In this document: piece by piece, positions 55,295 to 64,000 of the stretch | Layout: each line of letters begins with the position of its first letter | Numbering within the stretch: position 1 is the first letter of the stretch | NCBI RefSeq assembly: GCF_036321535.1 | Contig: NC_087436.1 | Coordinates: 56,112,001-56,176,000, forward strand | Reading direction: 5' to 3' | Length of the DNA: 64,000 nt | DNA from: Camelus dromedarius | Taxonomy: Eukaryota | Translations under genes and position numbers: made by a program | Notes under the pieces: model-generated | The model's input: only the letters and a program-made list of their open reading frames with translations | The model's database searches: none | Told to the model about the DNA's origin: nothing

Positions 55295-55810
55295 TGTAAT
55301 ATTACGTGAGAAATCTTCAGGCTGCAAGTGAAAGAAGACCAAATCAAACAAGTGAAAAGAAAAAAAAAATTTTAGTAGCTCATGTAACAGGAAACCCCAG
55401 AATTAGATCTACCTGATATTGGTTGCAGCCAGATTCATTGACCCAAATGATGACCTCAACACGTTCTCCCTGCATTGCTCAGCTCTGCCTTTCTCTGTGT
55501 TGGCTTCATTCAAGCTGGCTCTTTCTGTCCTACATCAAGATGGCCACCAACAGCCAGTTCTTTTAGCAATCAGTTTCTTTCCAGGACAACAAAAGCTCAG
55601 ATTCCATGTTGATGACACTAACTTGGGTCACGTGCTCATCTTGCTCATCTTGCACCAAGTAATTGTGGTCATGGGACTGGAACGTTCTGAGGGGCCAGTG
55701 GAGAAGTGAATGGGAAACTGAACCACATGGCCTGAAAGTGTTGGAGATGTTTCTGTCAAGAAACAAGAGAAAGTGGATGAAAGCAGGCAAAGAAGAACAA
55801 CGCAACAATA
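55295..55810 (-). mobile_element. Old MaLR LTR (MLT1J/K/L-like)
   Basis: Motifs cttcaggctgcaagtgaaagaagacc, gctcatgtaacaggaa, ctcagctctgcctttctctgtgttggcttcattc and caagatggccacc. Confidence 0.7.
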
Positions 55811-57819
55811 TCCTCCGCTTAACAGGTGGTGAAACTAAGGCTTGGGAAGGATAGATGTCTTGACAATGTAGGTCTTCTGACACTGAGTCCAGTGTGTTTT
55901 GCTCATTATTTCTCATCCATTCAGTCATTCCTCTGAAGATTCAGGCTTGTACATAGTTAACAGTAAGGACGTATTTTAGATCTGCAGCATGGTACTCTGA
56001 CATACAGAAAAATCAGAACAGTGCATGGGTAAATTGATTATAGGAGTCATGGGAATATTCTCTGAGTCTTTGGTTCACTAGATTTCAACCTGATTTCCCA
56101 GTTTATCAAAAAAGGCAGCTGATTTTCCTGACAGATCACATAAGTGAAAGCTTTCCCTGAGTACTGGTAGTGATTTCAAAAGAAACAAGTTCAGATAGCT
56201 TCTTTGCTTCTCTGCTCTCCTGACTATTGAAAGGATTTTATTTGCTTTGCTTTGGTTGTGGTTCTGGTTTTGGTGAGAGTGAAGTGGCACTCTGGCCTGA
56301 GGGACTTGTGTGTGTTTTAAAGAGTCACAGGCATTCAGATGCCCATGGCCCACACTGCATGGGAGACATGTTCGTAAATACTGCATGATTGTGCATCCAT
56401 ATTTGCACAGAGCGGCACATCCTTGATAACCACATTTTATTTTAGTTTAGTTTTGTTTATCTTCTGATTCACTTTTTGCAGCAGTCAGTCTGGAAGGTAT
56501 GAGAAGGATAATGATTTCACAAGAACTTGAGTTGAACCCATACAAAGGAAGAGGGAGTTAGGGGGTCTGCCCTGAAATCAACCTGCTTATTTAAGTAGAT
56601 TTGAAGAAAAACAGAGCATGAAAACAACAAATCAGCCTGACTTCTCTAGGAGGAGTGGATGAAATAGTCCCTGCAGGAGGAAACGTGTAACCCAATCCAG
56701 GAGTTTATCACATCTTCATGAAACCTTGAAATAGCTCTATGAATTTATATTGTTTCTGAAAGCCATGTGAGCCATGCTGTCTTGCTGTGCCCCACTGTGA
56801 ACCCTGAAATCAATCCATTGCTCTCTCAAACTTTGGGAAAATGATATGCTGCTAATGTCAATGAACTAGCTGCATTCACAGAATGCTTTTTCACTCCCTG
56901 AGTTTATTGAAGTGGAAGACAGAAAGGGTATGCCTTCCTGAAAATAACCACATGTGCTCAAAGACCTAGATTTTCTAGGCATGAGTGCATTTCTGATAAA
57001 ATACCTCCTTAGCATGAGGAAACCTTGTTATTCTTCCTTTCCACAAATCATTTGCCTCCTTTATATTTGTAAAGATTGTCAACTCCTATTTCTCTTTTGG
57101 AGCTTTGATAAAACAGAGGCCGTGGTGAAAGGAAAATGGATACTGTTCAAAGAAATCTGCCTCCTGTAACCAAAGAGGTCAGAGCTGTATCCTCAGTGCC
57201 CCTGTCTTTCCACAGATCTTCCTCCTCTGCCTCAGTTTACATTAGTTCATATTCATTATTTATATTGTAGATATTCTGAGGAGGTGCTTTGTACCTGGAG
57301 AAAATGCAAGTTAGGATTTCTGACTCAAAGATAATAGCTAAAAGTTGTTAAATTTGCAGTATGTGTCTTAGAATATTTTCCTTGTGTTCTTTTTACAAAT
57401 TGTCTTAGCTTGTTATTACTTATTTGAGAATAATTCTGATAGTGCTAATACTCTGTGGGGTAGTTAACAATTTTCAGATTTCTTCCACATATTCTGTGGA
57501 CTGTGTTTTATTGTTCCTCTCTCTGTTGTGGACAAGGATTTGCAAAGTCTTTTTCCTTTAAATTGGATAAAAGCTTTTACAGGTAATTTAAAGCTGTTAA
57601 ATATATAAGTATAAACGTAAGTATGTTTGAATAAATTAGAAAGGAGACCAAATGAAAGAGCAAGAAGAGCGTATCATTGTGACTCTGAAGAGGCTAGCAG
57701 ATGAATATTACAAAATTACGTACTGCTTATTTCATTTTGACCTATAGCTCACAAGTAGATGTTGGTGCCTCCTTGAGAAACTCCACAGGGCTGATTATTC
57801 ATCACCTGATTCTCTAAGT

Positions 57820-58260
57820 CTGTATACTGAGTGTCAAAGAACATTTCCGCTACTTATTAGCTGTGTGGGCCATGGGCAAGTTAATTGTCTTCTCTGTGCC
57901 TCTTTTTTCACCTTTATGATGCAGATAACTACATTATACACGATGTTGTGAGAATTAAGGAGGGAATAAATCTAAAGTTCCTAGGGGGCATTTTGTTAGT
58001 ACTTGGTAAGTATCTGTTAATTTATTTTATTATTTCTGTGTTGTTGCTAGCAGTAGTACTGTAAGAGAATTGTGGACAACCACTTGCTAAGTTGTAAGTT
58101 TTCACATTGTGGGAGGCAGCATCACTTATAAAGCACTCAGGCTTATAAAACCAGAAGTACCTGGATTGCTTTCCTAGCTCTTCCATTAAACGGATGAGTA
58201 GTCTTGGGAAACACACTCAAACTTTCAAAACCCAAGTCTTCGTTTGTAAAAAACATAGGG
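57820..58260 (+). mobile_element. Two MIR SINEs
   Basis: ctacttattagctgtgtgggccatgggcaagttaattgtcttctctgtgcctc, and a second copy at ~58130-58260. Confidence 0.75.
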
Positions 58261-58296
58261 AGCACATTATAAAAAGTCACATCCCACCAGGTAGCT

Positions 58297-58332
58297 AAAA
58301 AAAAAAAAAAAAGGAGAGAGAGAGAGAGAGAG
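58297..58332. repeat. Poly(A) followed by (GA)n
   Basis: aaaaaaaaaaaaaaaaggagagagagagagagagag. Confidence 0.9.
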
Positions 58333-59859
58333 ATAGCAATATGCTATTAAATAATAGAGGAAACAATTGGGTTCATGAAGAAAACTTTCTTCACCTCTTC
58401 TTAGAAAGTCTCTGGCCTTAAGCAAGTGATAGTCAAGCCCATCATTAAATCTCATTCAGTCTTTTGCCCTGGAGCTGAGTATCCTGGGTCAACAACAAAT
58501 GGTACATATCTGGTCTTTACATTGTAAAACAAAATTAAAGTAATATTTCCTGTTTATTTACAAAATGTAGAAATAGGTTAAAAGTAATTGGCAACTTGGC
58601 AAGTTTTAATTTTATCTCGGCAGAGAAAATACTTAATCAGTGCCATATTCTCACTCTTGATCTCTTATTTTCTTTGATCTTCACTTTTGTCTTCTAAATA
58701 GATAACAGTATTAAAAGTGCTGCTTAATTCAGAGATCCAACATGATTCCTAAAACAAATTCATTGGGAATGAGTTCAACTATACTGATTAGGTTAATTTT
58801 TTTCTGTTTTTGTTGAAGAATTTAATTATAGACCCCAAATAAACTACTTCCAAATACAATAATCTATTTTTAAAAGTTTAACTGTCTTTAAGTGAGACCA
58901 GAGTCTAAACTTTTTGTTTACTTGTAAACTTCCAGAAATGCTGAGGCATTTGTCATATTTCAAAATCTAGTCTTTATCTGAGACATCAAGGTAGATTTAG
59001 GTTTTGAAATGTTTTCTATTTTATAAAAATAGCTCACCTCTTTCAACTTCATGTAAAGATGGCAGGCTAGGCTAAAGTGACAAAGAATGCCTTAAGGGGA
59101 ACTTTGAATGAATAACTTTAAAGGAAAACTATTTTCACCAAAGACTTGTCCAGATTTAATTAGTTACGGGAGTTAAAGGCAGGGAGAAAAGGCCAGGAGC
59201 CTAAAGGGATTTCAGGAGTAAAGTGTCAAGGAGAAGTGAGGTCTCACGTGGAGAAGGAAGTGTTGCTGCTTTAAGGTTTAATAATTTTGTGACCTAGTGT
59301 CAAGTATTGTGATTTCCAGGGGCAGGAGAGGTGAAAATGTGAAAACCTTAACCAACCCTGTGTCTTGCTGGAGGTGAGTCATACCCTTACTGTCTTCTTC
59401 AGTGTACTGGGTGTATTATCTTTTGAAACAGTAAATTTTGGAAGAATGTCAGTTGCTCCATCAAAAAGGATGAAAATGGATGTATTGGTACCTAATCAGT
59501 ACCCTCACTTAATAAGCAGAATTCATGAAATATGAATTTACATCACATGCCATATGGAGACTGTGACTTTAAAAAAGACACACATGGATCCAGAATTCAA
59601 CTATCAAAGCTAAAGAAAATAATGACATTAATAAAGGTTGTGATGCTTGTATGCTTTTGTTATAAAACATCTGCTGAAAGTTTAGTGTCATGCAGACAGT
59701 ACAAAGCCTTAAATATGCAGTGTTTTTGTTTTGGTTTTTGTTTTTTCACACTGGATGTCAGCCAACACTAAACATAGTAGGCATATCACAGCACTCACTT
59801 TGGCAAGTGATCGATCAAGTGAGGCAAAGAATTTGCTATAAGAAACAGTAGTCAGCACA

Positions 59860-60125
59860 GAGCCCCGTGTACAGCATGATCCCATTTCTAACTTCTAAAG
59901 CCATATATATACCCACACACATTTACACACACGCCTGCATAAGTAACTGCATAGAGGAAGATCCGGAACAAAACACATTAGTGTTAACAGTAGATAGATC
60001 TGGGGAGCAGGGTAGAGCTTGAGGAATGACGTGCCTTTCTTGTTATTTGTTTATTGTAGAATTTTAGCAACTAAAATCTCTAAGTGTTATAACTTTTTAA
60101 TGAAGAAAAAAATAACAACATTTTT
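59860..60125 (+). mobile_element. Old L1 (L1ME-like) 3' end
   Basis: tgtacagcatgatcccattt...gtgttaacagtag...tctgggga...aactttttaatgaagaaaaaa. Confidence 0.6.
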
Positions 60126-60894
60126 AAAAGTAATAGCCTAATGCGTAGCTCAAATATAAGAAGACAGCAAATAAACTGTCAGGTGAATTAGAAAAGGGGG
60201 TTGAGGCAGTGCCACAGAGTTTACACAATCGGAAAATATGGACCAGAGCCACAAAATTTCAGTATTGACCTGGGAGGTCTGTTTCTGCCACTGGAAATGA
60301 GATTAGCCCCTGAGCATCTTTCTCCCACCATCGTTACCATGGCTTCCCTCCCCCAGTCCTGACCCACAGTCATGATGGAAGCACAGACTTCTGGACCAGA
60401 CGACTTCTAGATACTCTCACTCTCTGGAAGCTCTGCTCTTTACATGTATGGTGTTCTCACAATTTGGATTTTAATCATAATACTAACCTACCTATCAACC
60501 TACCTAACCACACTTAAGAAAAGCACTAAATCATTGGGAAGTGACTGGGACCAGCACCAGGTTCCCAGCTTGCAGTTCAGTGGTTTTTTTGCCCCTCCTG
60601 CTGGCTCCTCCAAAGTAGCAAAATAAACATATTTTAAGAAGTGATATGGTAACTGAAGTTTGTATATATGGAGACTGTTAATGAGAGACCAAATTCTGAA
60701 ATTTTATTTATAAATTACGTCCAAAATTTTAAAGACAGAGAATTAAGGAGAGACAAAACTATTTTATATATGCACAAGAAAGAAGACTTTTATGAAAAAT
60801 CTAAAATCTCGTTTCTTATAAAGTAGAAAAATGAAGAGTATTAACTTCTACATTTTAAAAAAAAGCGTTTATAACATATTTTCGGTAATTCCAT

Positions 60895-62460
60895 CAATTC
60901 ATTCAATAAACAAAATCTTGTATTCATATTTGGTCCTGCTGTTTACCAAACATGGCTGGATACTATAGATTCAAAAATGAAATACACAAAATCTTGTTCA
61001 GATAAGCCCTCTGGGTAGGGGAGACACAGAAAAGGTCAGTATGACATTACTGGGTGATCAGTGCAACAGTAACAACAATGCATAGTGTGCCATGGTGGCA
61101 GAGAGAGAGGGCCACAAACCCATGCTGGAAGGATCTAGAATGACTTCCTGGAGGAGAAAAAGCTTAAGGTGAACTTGGAAAGAAGAGTTTATTAGGCACA
61201 GGTGGGAAAGGACATTTCAAGGAAGATGGATTAAAGAGATACTTTAATTCAAGTCTGTTTAGAAAAATGAGAGAAGCTTAGTATCCACAGTAACAACACA
61301 ACAAGAAAATAATACAAATAGTTATCATATATGAAAATCTTATCTGTGGCCAGTTCTATGCTGAATCATTCGTTTTACCTTATTTCATGTAACCTACACG
61401 CTGCCACCACATACCTGTCCAATTTATAGCCACATAAACTGAGATTGGTTGAAACGCCGAGTCATATACATACAGTAAACAGCGGTGCGGAGATAAACCC
61501 ACGTCTGTGGGGTCCCAAAGCCTATTTTTGTAGCAATTACACAATTCATAGTCTATGAGAACCCAAAGTCTATGTGTTCTTCCCTGGGTACAGAAAGCCC
61601 TGCAATCATTTATTCAGAAAACATATATTCAGCTCCAGAGACTATAATAAGCACCAAGTATACAAAGATGAATAAGAGCCAGTTAGCTAGCTACGAAGTC
61701 AGTTATAAACTTCAGTGTTAGACATATACATAAGCTTCTAACAAAGTTGAAGTTGGGGGCAGGGAGAGGTAGGGTCTAAGCTGGCAGAGGTGAGGAAAGC
61801 AGAGAAAACTTCCTGGAAGAAAGATGCCTGAGCTGAGGCTTAGAGGATAAGGAGGAGCAGGTAAACCAGGAGAGGGCTGTCATTGAAGACAGAAGGGGTA
61901 GAAACTGCATATTGTGCCCAGAGCAGGGTGGACAGATGGTCTGTATTGTTGGAATGTAGAGGCCAAGGCAGGGCATGGTAAGAGAAGCAGGTGGAATGGT
62001 AGGCACGCTTCAGATCAGGGAGGAGCTGGTATGCCAGGCACATGAGCCTGGATTTACCTCATAGGAAATAAGGAGGAGCTTTAGGGTTTGAAATAGAGGA
62101 CTAGATATCAGTTATCCAGAAATAAAGATAAGCACTGTTCCTAACTCTTGGCCTTTCTTTCTAGCAGGGAAGAAATTTAAACAAGAAGAGTAGTGAGCAG
62201 TGGGAGGTGATGTTAGTGGTTAATGTCCAAGATTTGAGTTGCTTTTAGAAAGGAAGCAAAGGTTAGCAATTATGAGGCTTTGAAATGTTCTTGCAAGAAT
62301 TGATGATGACATTGGAATCAGAAATGGAGAAAAAGAGGCAGATTCAAGAAGCATGTAGGTCATAAAGTTAGTAGGACTTGTTGCTGTCTTCATGTCAGAA
62401 GTAGGGGAGAGGAAAGAGTCAGTGACAGTTCTTAGATTTCTGGCTTGGGGAAATCCTAGG
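60895..62460 (-). mobile_element. L2 fragments with an interposed MIR (~61315-61545)
   Basis: Reverse L2 tails at ~60897 and ~61606; gacttcctggaggag and cttagatttctggcttggg L2 motifs. Confidence 0.65.
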
Positions 62461-63399
62461 CAAGATGGACTGTTTCGTAGCTGTGAAATTCCCTGTACCC
62501 TTGAACTTCATTATTGACTTATGGGCTACTGTGTTTTTCAACTGTACTGTTAATAAATTATTTCAGTAAATTTAAGGAATAACTTCTTCACTTTAAAGTC
62601 ACTAAACAGAGTTTCTAATTTGTGTAGGAAATCTCAGGTTAGAGTTTTTTTAATGGTTATGTTATGTAATATATACATTAGTCCATGATTTAGACCATCA
62701 TTGATCATTGTTATTTTTAGGTCTTAATTGTGTCGATGAACATTGTACCCATAAACCAAGTATTCTTATTTTCAATGTATTTCCATAGATTTTATTTCCG
62801 GTTTCCAAAATTACGAATTTAATTCATATTCTTAATTTGGTGTTATTTCTCCTTCACTATCTCAGCCTAGTACTCTGATATGTTCAGTTTTTTTTTAGAA
62901 TGCTTAAAAAAAATGATTGTATGTAAAACAAAATTAGCACACAGTTGAAATTCTTTGAAGCTGGGTTATGGGTAATTGAGATTCTTTTCTATCATTTTGC
63001 ATAGACTTGAGAATTTCCATCATAGTTAAAAATGTACATAGATTTTTGATAAATAGATAGATATGGATAGATTATACCCTGATAATTCGAATTATCATAA
63101 CACATTATCTATGGAAATGACATTAATTTTCTTCATAATTCTTGAAACAAGTAATCAATTTTAGATGTGTTCACTTCAACTGAGAGAAAGTTTTAGAGCC
63201 AACTGGATATGTGTTTGAGCCCAGCTGCAGTAAGGAATACAAAAATAATTGGGACTCTCAAATTGCATTAAAGGATTTTTACAATTGAACAGCCAAGAAT
63301 GGTTTTCTCTGGGAGGATTAAGAATAGGTTTTTCGGTGGTATTGAGATAAGCTTTGAAGAGTCAGTAGGGAACAAGGCATTATGTGCAGAGTGAATATA

Positions 63400-63960
63400 T
63401 GGAAGTGAGAAAAAAATTTTAAAGCTATGTCTATGGGATATGGAATTACCCAATTTAGCTTTGGTAAAGTGGTGGTATAAATAAGCTGAAAGTTAAATTA
63501 ATTTGGGGCCACATTTTGCTGAATACTGAAAGTTTCCAGTGGAAGCTGTTATGATTCCACTTTCTGTTTAGAAATGTTAACCGAGTGATGTGGTATAGAT
63601 GCTATTGTGAAGGGAAAGTCAGGACCAAGCCAAACCAGTAACAAGGGTCTTGTAATGATTGTCATGAATGGAAGGAGGACTTCAGCTGGAGTTCTGGTGA
63701 TGAAGGGGGACTAAGGGTTGATGGTGAGAGAGACAATGTAGAGGAGATTTCATGTGCTGTACATGTAGGTGGGCTCACCTTGATGGGGAGATGCGGCTCC
63801 ACACTTGCTTTTGACTGTGAGAGTATTATAGTCAGAAATAAGCAGTTGAGTCAAAAGAAGAAGGTAGTTTTTGAGGGGAGATAAGTTTATCTGATGTTGA
63901 TGCTGAGGCTAGAGTGTTAAACAAAATGGGTAAAATTTCTGATTTCATGAAGCTTAGAGT
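63400..63960 (-). mobile_element. Degraded L2 fragment
   Basis: Purine-rich L2-like body (gagtcaaaagaagaaggtagtttttgag). Confidence 0.45.
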
Positions 63961-64000
63961 TTTGTGAGAAGGGAAAACAAAATAAGCAACTAACTTAGTG

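Noticed and set aside
62721..62760. Possible small exon reading GLNCVDEHCTHKP after ttatttttag
   Set aside because: Weak donor and no protein I recognise; cannot be supported without a search.

Overview
This is AT-rich, non-coding mammalian genomic DNA, most likely camelid (alpaca/llama/camel type). That call rests on a young L1 3' end at 49757-50042, a 53-bp SINE tail resembling camelid Vic-1 at 13882-13934 and an artiodactyl-type Tigger2 MITE; I saw no Alu, B1/B2, Bov-tA or PRE1 SINEs. I found no intact protein-coding exon, RNA gene, CRISPR array or prokaryote-type system. The only gene-derived sequence is a TSD-flanked processed pseudogene of NDUFAB1 (mitochondrial acyl carrier protein) on the minus strand at 35114-35730. 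The rest is ancient MIR/L2/L3/L1M/hAT/Tigger debris, three solo LTRs and repeat-poor stretches that may be regulatory. The oddest observations are: an exact 92-bp local copy of the L1 tail without a TSD, 943 bp downstream of its apparent donor; a 263-bp 'orphan' segment flanked by a 13-bp direct repeat; and an ACP-domain ORF that stays open in the retrocopy. I see no convincing new biological system. Repeat family names come from my recall of consensus sequences, not a search, and boundaries of old repeats are approximate.
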